Positions 42,401-57,400 of a DNA stretch of 64,000 nt are shown here, piece by piece. Position numbers and translations under genes: made by a program. This DNA is from Orbicella franksi (lineage: Eukaryota), in assembly GCA_964199315.1 (NCBI GenBank), contig OZ116699.1, positions 15,438,001 through 15,502,000 of the forward strand, in the 5' to 3' direction. The notes under the pieces were generated by a model. It worked only from the letters and a program-made list of their open reading frames with translations, did not search any database and was not told where the DNA came from. Every line of letters begins with the position of its first letter. Positions within the stretch are counted from its first letter, which is position 1.

Positions 42401-45400
42401 CAAACAAAACCGATTGCTACACTGAGCTAGTATAGTAATCAACAAAATGAACTTCAGCCAGTCACTTGTATTTCAAGATTTATATAATTTAAACAAAACA
42501 TGATTCCAGATACTCTTTCGTGAAATAACTATTGAAAACGTTCACTCTCTACATTATTTAGATACCCCCACTGTCCTAGGGCCACACACTTGCATCACCA
42601 GCTGTCGTGTTTTGTTAAAACAATGAAAATTATTTGATTTTCTTTCAAAAATTGGATAATGAAACTATTTTTATAATTCACTGTAGTGCCAAGGTTATAA
42701 CTAAAATTTTAAACAAATGTCGCATGGCGGTTAGGCTTGGCGAATGGCTTGACGTACTCCGACGGTTTTGAAGGCCACTGCATTCATAACGCTGTCAGAA
42801 AACCCTTCTGCTCTTGACAAAGCGTGATTCGAGCAAGTTTTTATCGTCTAAACGGCGATATGACAACCGCGAATGACTAAATTCAAGTTGTTCTTACTTG
42901 AAGTACTTTTGAATCCAACGATGGCCTGTGTGACCGCTGTATTCCGAATCCAGCGTTTTTTTTTTCTGCCCCGAGAAAAGCACATAAGAGACCACAAAAC
43001 TAGGTTTTCTGCTCTTAAGTTTTTAATTTCTCAACTCTTCATCCAAACAACTTTCTCATTCTATTTTCAATTTGACATCAGAAGAATCAGTTAATGAACA
43101 CTTTGCTTTCATAATTTTGAATGGCCTGTCAGTAAATAGCTAAAACACAAAGAAATTACTGAGGAAAACGGATTTCGGGATTTTTGGGTTAATTTTTTTC
43201 ATTGTCCATTAAGCTTTGATAAACGGACGTAGCCTGGCTCAAAGGAAGCGAATTAGACAACCATTGAAATATAGAGACGACGATAAAGATAAAAATTGCC
43301 TTAAGACCTTCCGTAAATCTGAGCTGAGTTCCGGGGTCACACCTTAACATCTCATTGAGCCTCGATAAATAGACGGCATAAGCTTGTGGAGGCTAGTCTT
43401 TCATCAACCTAATACTACTTAAAAATCGAAAAGTCCATTTGGCAACTGATAAGAGATACGGAAAAAATAGAACGCAAATGATTTCAGGATACATATCTCC
43501 ATTTTTATCATTTAATCATTCAGAGTTATCGGGATCACTCGGTTTGAAGCTAGAATATGCTGTTCGTTTCAGAATTCTACTATGGTAAAAAGAAATTAGT
43601 TATTACTTACCGGGTAAGACCATTTAAATGAAATCTTTGAGAAGCTTTTTCATGTGGAGCTGTTTTTTTTTTTTGTCTAATATCTTGAAAAATAAACTTC
43701 CATGTAATTTGAACTTGGGTAATGTTGGTCATCCTCGCTATTTCAAGCCAGCAGTTAATAATTCCTTGATACTTTTTAACTTCCCTCAACTAATTCAAGT
43801 AAGCACACCATGAGAATTTAGCCGAGACTGAAGAAGATTGAAAAGGACTACTAACGGAGACCTTGACACATTTAAGCTGCATTTTTCTAAGCCTGTCGTT
43901 TCTGCGCTGGAAACTTTGTCATGAAACGTTTTTTTTTAGAAAGCGACAACAAACAACAACAACATCAATCGGATTTTGGTTGTTGGTGTCCATAGATTCT
44001 GATTTTGTTGGTGTTACAGTATTAGGTAAGGAACTGAAAGACTACACTCGTATTTATTTTTCAATTATAGAATTGAAGCTTCTAACAGAACACGATCAAA
44101 CTTTACTTGCTGTTTATGTACTTTCTACAAATTAGCTGGAAAGAATCAGCGGCTTTTTAATCACGCAAACAAGCAAATCCTCTCCGCAGACCTCGGGGAC
44201 ACGACTAAGACCTAGCAATTTGAATTTGTCTCACGAGGGTTAAAAGGAGTAATTGAGTTTTTGCTACAAGAGGGAAGGAGTTTTTGCAAAAATCTGTGAG
44301 TGATAATAAAACATAACTTACTTGTTTAAGAAAGCCTTTGAATGAAGCCGCCACAGAGATCGACCCCATCAGAGTGTCGTGATGCTTCTTATCCTCTTCT
44401 GCTGTTTTTTTCTTTCTGGTCTATAGGAAACAAAATGAGAATCATATAAGTTATCTTATCCCACAACCGATGCCTCTTTACTGCTCTTCAGCAAATTCTA
44501 CCTGTTAAACCTCCCTTCAGCAGAACCTTTCTGTCAACAAAACACCTGCCTCGTTTTGCACTTACCTGGCGAATTTACTCTGACGTTAAGATTCAGCAAA
44601 TGATTCATGACTTTAAAAACTAGCTGCGCTCTAAGATAATATTATTAAACGCTATGGTCTCGAATGTTCTGAATATTACGATATTAGAAAGATGAGTTGT
44701 TGGCTAGGTGATTGATAGGGTTACTTTTGAAACTCTTTGGCATCTCAACAAGAACGAGGGCCATATTTACATTTAGCAAAATATTGCTTAAATGCCCGTG
44801 CATTTTCAAGCGTGATTATTGTGTTGAGCGGCCAATGCTGTGCTATTAAAAAACAGGCTTAAAGATTTTTAACTGCGTTTACAATTGTGTTCTCAATTAG
44901 CATAATAGACTCTTATGATTTTATTCGTCTATTTCTATCTTAGATTTAGTTTTGATTGAGAAGATATATCAAACATTCAAAAAGGTGTTTCATCGGGCCT
45001 GTTTCATCACATTTTCAACACTTCTTTTCCAAATATTTCCAAGCACCTCGAAGTTTGTCAAAACTACCCCTCCCTCTGAGCATGGGATTTCAACTGTCTT
45101 ATTGGTGTTAAGAATTGTGATGAAACACAGTCTCTCCAGTCTAATATTCCGTCGGCAAGTGGTCAAACTGCGATATTTTAGACATTTTAGAGTGCTAAAA
45201 TATCTATATACATATTTTTGGACTATCTAATCGACAAAATCAGCGGTTTTTGAAAAACAAAAGGATGCTGCTATCGTTGCAACCTCCGATGCTTAGAAAT
45301 CCATGAAAACAATAGAAAACTATGCGGTCATAAGTCATTTTCGGCGACTTTGAACATGGAGCTTAAGCGATTTGCCGCCACGAAATCGCTGCTGTTTTGA

Positions 45401-48400
45401 GCATGCTTGAATTTGGGTGCGATTTGCAGACGATTTCTAGTTGGAGAGCAACGAAAAAACCTACCTTGGCGTCAGCTCCTAAGAGTGGTTTGTCGCAACA
45501 TGGCGCACGGGACTAATACCTGACTTCAAAGAAGACTTTGGCATAGCGTTCGTCTGGGATCTCCCTCGAGATATTTAAGCAGTTGATCACGTGTTATATC
45601 TGCTTCCCTCCCCGTGGAATTGAAATTCACGCCTTAATCCTTAATTTTTTTTTTTTTTTTTGGCGGCAACAAAGAAAACAAATACCGATACAAAACGCAT
45701 TGCACCTTTTTTCTTCGTCTTTCCCACGATACATTTTTGTTTGCCACAAAGTAGCAAAGCTAGACATATGGAACTTACGTACACTTCACGCTAACCGCTG
45801 CGAAAGGCCCCAATTCATACTGAAAGTTGCCAGGAAATCGCTACTACTTTGCGCGTCTGGACTGATAGCTGTATGAATTGCCTGAAAAGCCGCCTGACAA
45901 AAACCCCGACGTAAACAGGTCCTCATGTTGTGGTAAGATATAAATAGGAGGTTGCAATCCAATTTGTTTTCATGATTCTTGCCCCATAGCAAACAAGAGT
46001 TTAATTCAAACTGACGTTTGTAAATAGTTTGGCGGTAATACACAGATTGGGTTTCTATAATAGCAGCTTCTCCGACGAATTTGATAGAAAAAAAACTTTA
46101 CGTCGACCCGTGAAGTTACATAGCTGCACGCTTTCGGTGACTTGAGTGACTGATTAATCTTTTGCTAAAGCAAACCGCAGCCAAACGAATTTCCCGTTCC
46201 CCCAGGCTTTTTTGTTAAAGGCTTGCCGTTACTGTAAATGTGCAATGTAAATTTAAAAAATGAACATAGATTAAAAGTCACACAGGAGTAACAAGGGAAA
46301 AAAATAAAGTGAGTTCTTAACATTCCTTCTAGTTAGCATCTTAAGTACATCATTATGATAGGATATCACTCATGCGACGCAAATAATTGTTTTGGAAGCA
46401 ATTAAAGTGTTGATACCACGGTAAATGATTATTTCATTTCTGCCCAATCGTCTCCAACAGAGTCATGTAAAAGCCTACTTGTATGGATATCTGCTTTCAT
46501 AAATAGCTCACAGTACATTTAAATTGTTACATAAAGGGAATAATACCCTTTTTAACACCTGTGGAGTATTTAATTCTCCCCTGAAACCAATCCTAATTTT
46601 TAGTGTCTATTAGAGCCAAAGAAACAAACAAAAGATTTAGAAAGCAATCTGAAAATGTATTTAGTACTCAATGATTTGAAAATCACTGCAGTTGTGTGAG
46701 TTGCCGTACTTTGCAAATTCCCTAAATTGACTGATTCGAAACAGTTCCGAGTTTTCAAAACATTTCAACTGAGCAAATCTCTGGAATGAGGTGCTGCTGA
46801 CATTGGCACTGGCCATTACGGCTGACTTCGAGGATTGAGAATGACAGGTAGAGAAATGCGTTTTAACTTACCAATTTCAGTCGGTCGCGCATCTTATTTT
46901 GGACAAGGCAACAATAATCTTTAGTCCTCTGCGACGTGACGATAGGTGCGACGAATTTTGATTGTGTCATCGCACGCGTGCAATACCGAAGTTACAGACT
47001 TGTATACTGGTCGCGTGATTGCGAGTTGATAAGCCGACGGCGGAGCAATGTGCCTGATTATCATATTAACTGTTAATTACCACTCGAGAAACACAAATAT
47101 TTACATTTTAGAGAAGTCAGCTATGAAAGAAAACCTATAATTCTTAATCACCGACCAGCAGAGAATGTCACGTCAAAGAGGCCTGTTTGCTTTCAATAGA
47201 CTGTGAAAAAGTTCACAGCTTTCCTTCAAATAGCTGCGTGTACAACATTGTTTCACCGTCAATTACGTAACATTAGGCTGTATGTTAACTCCTTACTTCT
47301 TAACAAAAGCGAACTCACGATGAGAAAACACGAAGCCGTTTTGCATTTGAAAGAATGTAGACCGCTTTCGATGAGTAAACACGGGCGACTCAAAATGCCT
47401 CGAGGGTAATAAAACCAAGGAAATTGAGTTTTAATCTCTTTTGAAAAAGAACCGACATCGGAAAAACAAAGGAGGGAAGTGACTTGAAGAAAGAATTTGG
47501 ACATATAGTTTAAAAATGTAATTGCTACGTGATTGAAACAACCCAAATTACACGCTCAAGTTGCTTTTACTGCGTAACTTCCAAACATGCCTAGAAATAA
47601 CATGTCCAAGATGTTAAGTTTCCCTTAATATCAAGTTCTACCCGAAAGCATTCAGCCAAATGAACTTTTTCTAGCCTTGAATTCCAATGAATTAATTGGT
47701 TTCGGGTCAGTTCTATTCAACTGGTTTCAGCAGTTTTTATAAAGGTCAACGTATTTTCAACTGATTGATTCCACGAGTGGTTTATCTGAACAACTAGGAA
47801 AATAAGTAATGCCTCTTATTAATTTACATGAAGATCAGTTGAATATTCTTGTTTTTGAGTACGGCTTAGGAACAATTCTGTGTTTGGAATTAAAGAATGT
47901 TAGGCATATAGTGTAAGGCCTTTCAGCCCCGAGCTAAAAACTTCAATTCTCTTAACCAAGCCCCATACATTTCTTTAATGTCATTTCTGAGAGTTTAGTG
48001 ATTCATCAAAGCAATACGTTTTTGGGTGAATTACCGGCTTATCGCACTTTTTGAAACGGCTTCGGAAACATACCAGGCTCGCTTCGTCTCGCCATGGCTA
48101 TGTTGGCTAGAAAGCGTCTCCAGAAAGTAAGAACCGTGACTTGACCAAAGGAAAATGATATGCCTTCGAAGCGTAATAAAGAGACACGCTAGCTGCATGG
48201 TTAGTATGACCGCATTACACGGGTTACTCACGTCATCCTTTTCTATGGCCTCGGAAGCCTGGTACTCCCATAGTAAAGCCTGGCATCTTTCTCGTGACGT
48301 CATATCACCTTCGTTCTGTAAGGATTCGCATGTCTTTGAAAAAGAAACAAAAATGTTGCGTTACAAAGGGCGGAGAAGAGCAATGTAAAAGTGCGACAGT

Positions 48401-51400
48401 GGGTAGTAACAACACTTGTTTTATTTTCAAAAATAAATTTGTTACTGGACTTGTTGGGCAGCAAAAAAATGTCAGAATATTACGAATTTCGTAATTTCTT
48501 GTTAAGCCAAGCACACGAGCAAGTTTGTAACTTCCTTGAAAAATTGTCCTCCTTTTTCACTATACGCCAGCTTTTGAATGAGAAGACTGAGAGCTTCAAG
48601 GACATTTGCCAAGGAGAAACCTGTCATATTTTTTGTTCCTCTTAGCAAAGAAACCTTGTCACATACCTTTGCTGTTCAAAGTGTTATACATGAAAAAACA
48701 ATTGAATATTATACACTTAATGACTGATCCAGAGGGAAATGGTCGATGTTTTCCGAGACGAAGTCGAGGGAAACATCGAGATTCAAGGTCGTGTGCTTAT
48801 ACCGATGTTTCCCTCGACTTTTCGTCTCCGCGGGAAACATACATCAACCAATGGAGGCGCGGGTTAGAGTTAACTTGTTTCCAGTGATACAGCAAGAGAA
48901 GTTGACTAGGGTTTAACTTACTTGTAGCACATCATATAAGCCTGGCCTGGCATCCTGGGCATCCTCTGTCATAGATACCAGCAGCTCTTGGAGTCTGCGA
49001 CTTAATGATGGTTTCTCTGCCTCTGTCAACCGCCAGTCAGCCGCTGACCACAGGGTGGCAGCCAGACTGAAAACACATGTCTGTGATAAAATGAAAAAGC
49101 AGTAAGTTATCAAGGCAACGGGAAAAGAAAACATAGGACAAACTCTGGTGACCAGGCTCCCAAAATTGTCAGCAGTGACTATAAGTACACGACCTGTACC
49201 TACGGGTTTGTACACAGTCATCTCTTGAAGATAAAATTACAACACTTGCGTGGTCATGCGAAAGAGGCTCCTTCCCATGATCCTCCGAGTGTTAAAATTT
49301 TTCTCTGAGAGGCAGAGTGAGCAATACCAGTCCCTCCTAAGTAGCATATATTTGTTTTGATACGTAAAATGCTTCGATTTTGAGCGCCAGGAAGTTTTGA
49401 GGCTGGTTGATCGAAACGCCGTGCTATCCAGGTACAAGATAATAGACAACAAATGCTAAACGTCATAAACGGTCAAGAGAGAAAATAAGGCCTTTAAGAG
49501 GGCCGATGATTAAATATTTCCTTTTATCCTCTCTTAACAAGACATATTGAGAAAAGCTACAAGTAAGTTATTTTCCAATGAACAGTAGACACCTTGTAAG
49601 ACGAGCAATTTGTAGCGACTCTTCTGCCACATTTTGCTATGTTTAACAAAGGCCTCACAAAGGTTTGTAGAACGAGGAAAATGGCGAAAAAACCGCCACC
49701 AATGCATTGCACACTGGCAGCCGCAGTGTAAGAGCGAAGGAGTTTGGGTCGCAGCTATTATCGTGGGGTTAGGTAAAATGACAGCCGGCCATGGTTCACA
49801 CTGTGCGTCAATATAAATTTGTTTTGACTTCTGTATTGAAAGCGTCCGTATGAATTATAGACTTGATATTTTAGTAATGTTACACTCCAGCGGACACCAG
49901 AAATTACAGGATGAAAATAACAGTATATTGTACAACCAAAATTAAGAACAAAAGGTAGCAGATTTTCACACGCAATTCGCCCACAAAGAGAGCAATATCT
50001 TTTAAGAGGTCAATAAGTTAAAGTCATTTCAATTTACGAATTTCTAGAGAAAAACCAATTAGCTGCAAATTCATTCATTAACCGTTGTGATACGAACAAA
50101 CAAAGCTGATGCTAAGAAAGGAACTTTCATGAATACCAAAAATGTCCGTGGAATTTACTGTGTCTAAGAGGTTTAGTGAATGAAGAGCAAAAGTTGGAAT
50201 TACGAGGCTCTTGTTACGTTGCTTATGACCCCATAACACTTAAAGGCGGCAATAAAACCACTTTTGTGTTGAGTACTTCTGATTAACACTTTTGGAATAC
50301 CTCAGGGAGTGTCTTGAGATTCCGTGATGAAGAAAGACGGCGGATGTGGTATAAGCCAAAACAAAAACAACTTGATAAGCGGAATAATTGCAGGAGGAAA
50401 AAAAACACTAACTTCGCTAACTCCGTCAAAAAAAAGAAAAGCAATAGTCGCTGTTTTGCTAACAAAGTGATCAAGGAAACGAGACAGTTAATGAAACAAC
50501 GCACTCAAGTAAATTGTATTGAAAGTTCTCGACACTAAATACCAAAAAGTCTATTTCTCTTAATATCGGTCATGAAAGTCACGCTTTCACTGATGTCAGT
50601 CTCAAAAATAATAGTTAGCGCAATTTACACCCAATCGAGAAAGAGAAAACAGAAGCTGTGTTATTTCCCTAAGGACATACAGGGTTATATTAGTATATTT
50701 TGAATAAGAGATAGTGCATAATTTGCGAATAAACAAGTAACTGATATCATGGCATACCAAACACACGACATAACCGAAAAGTAAACTGCCGGCTGTGAAG
50801 TGGCTGAAAACTTAAGATTTCTCGGCCACTTTCTAAGCCAACGTTATGTTAACAACATCAACAGGATGGCAAAACATGACATAACGTTTACAAACGAATC
50901 GCCGGTTGTTCTTTTAATAGGGCAAGAATGCACGTGTAAGAAAGTAAAGATTTCTGTTCACTTACCACACTAGCTTGTATTCCAAGGGTAAAGTTTCGTA
51001 GAAATGCGTCAAGAGATCTCAGAAGTTAGTAACATAACCTTAAAACTTCTAGAGCTCTTGAACGGACGCGCTGACTAGTCAAACAGACAAACAAATCAAG
51101 TGTAATAAATCATGTAAATTTGATGGTTTCGTTGTGCGAGTAAACATTCCCAAGGATATCCGAAGTACAGTGTAAGAAATCTGTTCCTGATTGAACGTAC
51201 TTTCAAACCTTTTCGTTCGCAGTTGAAACAGGTATGAAGAAACGGTTTTCCCGTATGTTCGGCTGCTTCTAACTCTTGAATGTAAAATATTTTGAACTCA
51301 CGCCCGCCGGACTTTTTTTATACTGGCAAATGCCTTCTATTGTTATGCCACACAGTGATGCCTTTTGATTACACAAAGAAAAGGAAACTAATGCGCGACC

Positions 51401-54400
51401 AGCTGGAACAAAAGAACGAGTACCTAAAGCAAAACAAAGATCTGTTTTCTTATGGTTACATTTCAAGACCACTCTACCTTTTAATGCCTGAAAATGTTAC
51501 CCAATCTTAAAAACCTGGCATCTAGTATGTAAACCTCCTTGTGAGTCCCCGTTAAATACTTAATAACACAAGTAAGAGAATTACAAGTTAAAGTCGGTGC
51601 TCAGTTGCCAAATTCTCATGACTTATAAGTATGATTTTATATTGATATCCTGAGCAGAAATCCGGTACTGATCAGGCTCAGGGCTAGCTTTTTTCACTTT
51701 ATCGCGATCGCAGTATACTAGAGCTGGTCTCTGAGCTTAACTTTAAAGAAACGTCTTACACTATTTTCTCATGCCTTGTTAAGATTTTAAATAGCGCATA
51801 GCTGAAACTTAATGCAATTGTGAGTTACAAATACAGAGAGAAACGCTTCATAGCTTCATTTTCAATGACTTTATATACCTGCGAATTTGCTTCCACAGCT
51901 AAAAGCACATCCATTCAAATTGTTGTCTGCTCTGTCTACTGCAACAAGCTTTTGCTCAAACCTCTACAACGCACAAAGCCATCAGTTTGTTTTATAGCTA
52001 TGTCATGTAACAACTGAGCACCCATAGGCGTTGACTCTACACGTTGTGCGTTACTCCGCCACAAGTACCTGGCACTAATGAGCCATGAGTAAACATTCTT
52101 GAGAATTTCTCTAAACATACAAAGGCTTCTTGCGTCGACGGGATTACTTAATGGAAATCAATCCCCTATACTGTTCGTAGTTATACAACCAAAACTTAAT
52201 GCGTTAGGTAAGGAGCCACTACTGAATGATATTTTCTCTGACCACACAAAGTTTCGTGCGCCGATGACGTCACGCACTTGCACTTAATCGCCTCAGCTGC
52301 ATGCAAGTTTCTGTATATACAGTGACGTCAGAACAGTAATTAAAAGCCATTATCAGACCGCGTAGTCAGTATTACGTTTATTGTACGAATAGATACAGCT
52401 TTAATTGTCATTAAGAGCCTTTTGTATTCAGCACAATAACAGCTGAGTTTACGTTTCTTGTGAACTGAGTTTGTAGGCGACGATAGGCGAGAAAATTGTT
52501 ATTTTCCAAAAAGGATAAAATATAATTGGCACGATGAAATGTTTCAGCTGAAAGAAAAACAGCGATTCATTAACCTATTTACCAGCGTAAATAAATACGT
52601 AATAATTTAGCAATTATAGAACGATTGTCGTAATGAATTTTAAACGTTGCGCCCCTGGACATCAAAGTTACTAGGCAAGACTACTGTCAGGTTATTGAAC
52701 AAAACACTGAGTATTTCACTTTCACTTCAACACTTGACAAAGTTGCCTGGGGTTTTATCTGTTTTTTAAAATCTACATACTGAGTTTTGTTTGACCCTGA
52801 AGCTGAAATACTCTAGCTTTGAAATTTCTGACACTTGGTTAAATTGTTCTGTTGGCTAAGAAAAGACGCCTCTCAGAGGATCTAACATCATCTGTAGCCG
52901 AGAGTTTGTGTGTAATTACATTTTGTAGGATTCGTAATTAAAACCCTTTCCGCATGACTCTGTTGGACACCTTCGTGTAGTTGTCGCTTTGTTTCACAGT
53001 TAGAAGAGAAACGTTCAGTGTGAAGTCTTATTCTGCTTGTTCATACACACCGCGTGGATGTGTGTGCTTTCTAGATTTGCATAATGTGCTATCCTACTTA
53101 AATATGCGTACACAAAATATAATATACAATAGGTGCTAATTCTCACGTGCCAATATGTTACACCGACATCCTTGGGGCCGGGAAAAAAGTGTGCACTTGG
53201 GAGACGCTATTTATGAAAGGTTAGGACGGGAAATCAAATTGACTAAGAGTGCGTTTAGCGACAGGAATCTCAGTGTTCGACTGTACCCTTCAATTGCGAC
53301 AAAGGACAGTCACTGAACAAGTGACAGATTTTGCCTTATTAAGCCAGCCACCACAATCAAACTTCATTACACGGCGACATGCCAGATCGCAGACAAACAG
53401 ACGAAGCTGAAAACCTTACAAACGTTACCCTTTCAACCGTAACAGCGAGCAATATTTAAATGCTCTAACTCCTCTTTAATATTTCTTTGCAAAGCTAAGG
53501 AAGACAGAAAAGGCCTCTCTGTATATCAAAGGTGGGTGAGAGAGCTTCCTGTAACAATATTATTATTATTTAAGACACCATATTCAGCATTCAATTACTT
53601 GTTTAGGAACGTTTGAAACAATTTCAATGAAATCTCCGCAAAAACCTGGCAACTAATAGACGATGGGGTAGTGTGTTACCCAGGTGGGATCAAACTTAAA
53701 GGAAAATTTCCACGAATTTTGAATTACGAACTACAAGAACTGATACGGTATAACATGCACGCCTGTTCCAGATTATGACGATGTCTTAATCGATCGACAC
53801 TGGTTCAATTTGCTAAAATACCGTCAGACACAAAAACCGCAAAGAGACACACTAAAGAAAAGAGTGATAAATGACTCATTAAGTGTACTTAATATGAGCA
53901 TAACTCGTGACTTATTCTAATCGGGCTTACAGACTATTTGTTGTTAGTTACAGGTTCAAAACGTAAGCTTGCCAAAGGCTATTTTTCTGCAATAACTGTG
54001 AACATTCTCAATTACTTAGAGATTAGACGGTTTATCATCAATAAGTAGTACAGTCATTACAACTGACAATACAACCCTTGTTCGCGGTTCTTAAGCCCTA
54101 TGGGCCGGGTAGCTCTTTTAAATTTGTTATTTTGTGAAAAAATGTCACACGAATATGAAGAGCCTATCGCAGAACGCGACCGGATCAGTGTTCAGTTTTA
54201 TTTAATAAACGACGCACAAAATTGTGAAGAGAATTATCACAAAACGTTTGGAAACAACACAATGTACATTGACTAAGGAAATAAGTCATTGTTTTGCCAC
54301 TGTAGTCATTTATCAAAAGTAGGCATAAGTTTGTGTAGGGAATCGAAGTTATAAGTTGTTCAAACGTTAAGAAATATAACAAGGTCTTTAAGATGTCTGG

Positions 54401-57400
54401 AAACGCATGCAGTAACTTGACAAACTGCGCTTGAACGTTGTTAGAGAAAATGGATTAGTGAAGTCCAATTACCTCTTAGCGGTCTAGACATGTGGTTTAT
54501 CAAAGCACGAAAGTTTCAGTGACTGACCTCCGCTTCGTTAATCATAAACCTCGCAAGACTGATTCATACTTTTCGCACGACACAAGTTTTGAAAACTGAA
54601 TGCCACAGCTCTTTTGAGAGTATTCCGTGTGGAGCTGGGTGGAAAAACAGTGGGACTACAAGTTTGCAAAATACATGAGGTCTAAGAGTCGATGCAACAA
54701 ATCCCATCTGCGCATTAGATAACTACATAGTACTGAGCACAATATCTTAGCAAGATGGAGATCTTTTCCACAAAAACCGCAGTTAAGTACACTGAGAAAA
54801 ACTTCTTTTTCACTAACTAAAGCGAGAGCGAAAATTATAAAACAACATCGAATGATGAGTTCAACTAGCAGCTTAACTGAAGCCAAGGAGAGCACTTCAT
54901 ACATAATACAACGACCGCGATTGAACGATGTGTGCTTTAAGCTTTACTTGCTGCAGCTTTCGACCCGATTCACTCAACTCAGAGGAAACGTATAGGGAAC
55001 ACAACATTACAGTTCTCCTTAAAATGAAAATGATTCGCTAGCAGTCCGTGAAAAAGACAAAGCACATACCTTGGTCCACGAGTTAATCACATGCGTTGTT
55101 TTCCTTTTTGCTGACGATCACAACGACAGTCGGATGAAAATCACGCTAAATTGACTTTGCGTTGATGCAAAGAAATGTCATTGTCCATATCACACATGAT
55201 CTAACAACATAATCATCTACCAAATGGTGTTAGCCGTGTCGGACTTGATACGAATTATTCTTCAATCCCAGACGCCTGGGTTTCTCACTGGCTATTTTGC
55301 ATGTGTTTCGAAGTTCCTGTGGCATTGGACAATATGATGGTTTCCACTGATGTGTCACAACAAACTCATAGGTGACCTCAACGAAATGATATGTCTTTCA
55401 GTCGCATTTGCCTCGAAGGCAATGTTAAACGTTTCAAATTTTTCAATATATAGTTTGTTAATGCATGATGAGTCGATAAATTTTGAAGCTTTCACTGCTA
55501 CATCTTACACCATTTTTGTTGTCATGGAAGTTCTCTCGGTACACACAGTAAGGAGAAATTCTTATAACTCTACTTCCAAAATACAGAGAGCTCTTTATTA
55601 TGCGGATATCGACACAATTGGGTCCATGTGACGCTTAAGTCAATACTGACAAACTACTATCTATCCACAACACAAACAGTTTGTCTTCAAGGACAGTTCC
55701 TGACTTTATACACAACTATTCCTCATATACAGCAATCTCCAGTTGGGTCTCTCTCTAAAGGGTTTTGTTCGACTGTATTTACACAAAAACAGTTGAGAAG
55801 CCGAGAGTATCAGACCATGTAGCTATTACTGTCAAAGAGCATGTCTCAACAATTACTAAATTTTCTCACCTTCTCGGATGCAAACTTGTTAGAGTATTCT
55901 GGAGCCAGGAATAGGTCATCAATAGAAACTCCTGCAAGACAAGTGTCAACATACAACAATTAACGGATTGATAAGCTCATGTCAGTTAACACGTCTCTGA
56001 TGTCACAACCTTAAACAAGATTAAGAGTTTCAAAAACTTCTTTACATAGTCTAGTAAGTGATATCATAAAGCCTCTCACCAGACACGAAAACGCCGCAAC
56101 CGTTGAAATAAAATTGTTGAATAGCCGATGGTTTTGATGTGAAATGGATATTAAATAAATATCACGTCTAGAGCTGCTTTCTATGAAAAACTGAAGACAT
56201 TTTGAGCTTCACAAATTGCGGGCACCTCTCGGACGGAACCTGCGCAGATTGTCTACGAAACGAGATTTGAGAAAGCACGATACACTAGGATTTGAAGAAT
56301 ACAAAAGCATTAGTTACAATCAAAAGACAGCCTCTAGATACAAAATCTCGCCATTAATAACGTAACTACGTAACTAGAGATTTTCTTGGCAGTGCTTGGG
56401 TGTAGTTCATTAGAATGAAGTCAGCTGAGAAGCCAGTCGTAAGAGAATCGTGAAGAAATCTTTGTCTGTGTTTGCAGCGAGCACAAGGATTGTACCTAAT
56501 TACCAGCTCGTTAATGGAAGGACCGTCTTTATACATTCCTAATGTGCCCTCTTTGTGCACAGGGAAAGTTATTTTTAGCACACAATTCTTCAGCTAATCC
56601 CTCTTGCTATACAAAAGACAGCCTTGATTTCAGGCACGTTTAAAATAACCTAACTTATTTGAAGAGCTGCTAGCAATTTTGCAGAATGCTTACTCTGGAA
56701 AATGTTCTTACCATGGTAAAATGGCGTCGGAGGTCACAATTACCTTAAATGAACAGGCTAAAGGTGTACATACTGTACATAAATAAAACATAAACATACT
56801 GACAACCTAATTAATATACAAAACAAGGGAAACCTCTTTCAAACGTTTATATCAACGGATGGCCAAACACGCCACTAAAAGCAGTATCAATGAACAATGG
56901 GTTAATCAAAACAAGAGTGTGTTGACTGCCTGTTAAACGTTAAGGTCAATACACTCACTTCAAATCCAACAAACGTTCAACAGATCTAAGCTGATACACA
57001 GTTACTTCTGAAGCATGTGCTCTTCTCACACTCAACCCCTTTGAAAAGTAGCTCCACTTTCAAACAACGTGAAAAATACTTCTTGATTTTGCACCATCGA
57101 AATGAGCACGAACTATCAAACAACGCTTGAAAAGAGTCTTCGCCATTGTTTAGTACAACTTGAAAGTGACTGAGCAAAACAACTCAGGGGAAAACAGTAA
57201 AACCAATTTAGCTCAAACCAGAATGGACCTATTGTTGTGTAAATCTAAGATTCTATTTCAAACGCGATTATAATGATTCGAACGCTAACGCGAGTAATGA
57301 GCTTAAGGTCATTCCCCAGTATTGCAATGCGCATCCCTACTGCGCATAATTTAACGCGTGCATAGCGCGCGCGCATTAAAAAATGGCGGCTTTTTCTTTA

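Noticed and set aside
42740-42835. Possible extra phase-0 KNDC1 exon (TIKTCSNH...KTVG)
   Set aside because: Several competing acceptors and frames and no homology support; left out of the model.
44561-44572. acttacctggc resembling the U1 snRNA 5' end
   Set aside because: The downstream sequence does not continue as U1; it is the reverse complement of a consensus CAG|GTAAGT donor.
56400-56744. Possible Kolobok-type right end caattacc|ttaa at 56744
   Set aside because: No matching left end or TSD was found.
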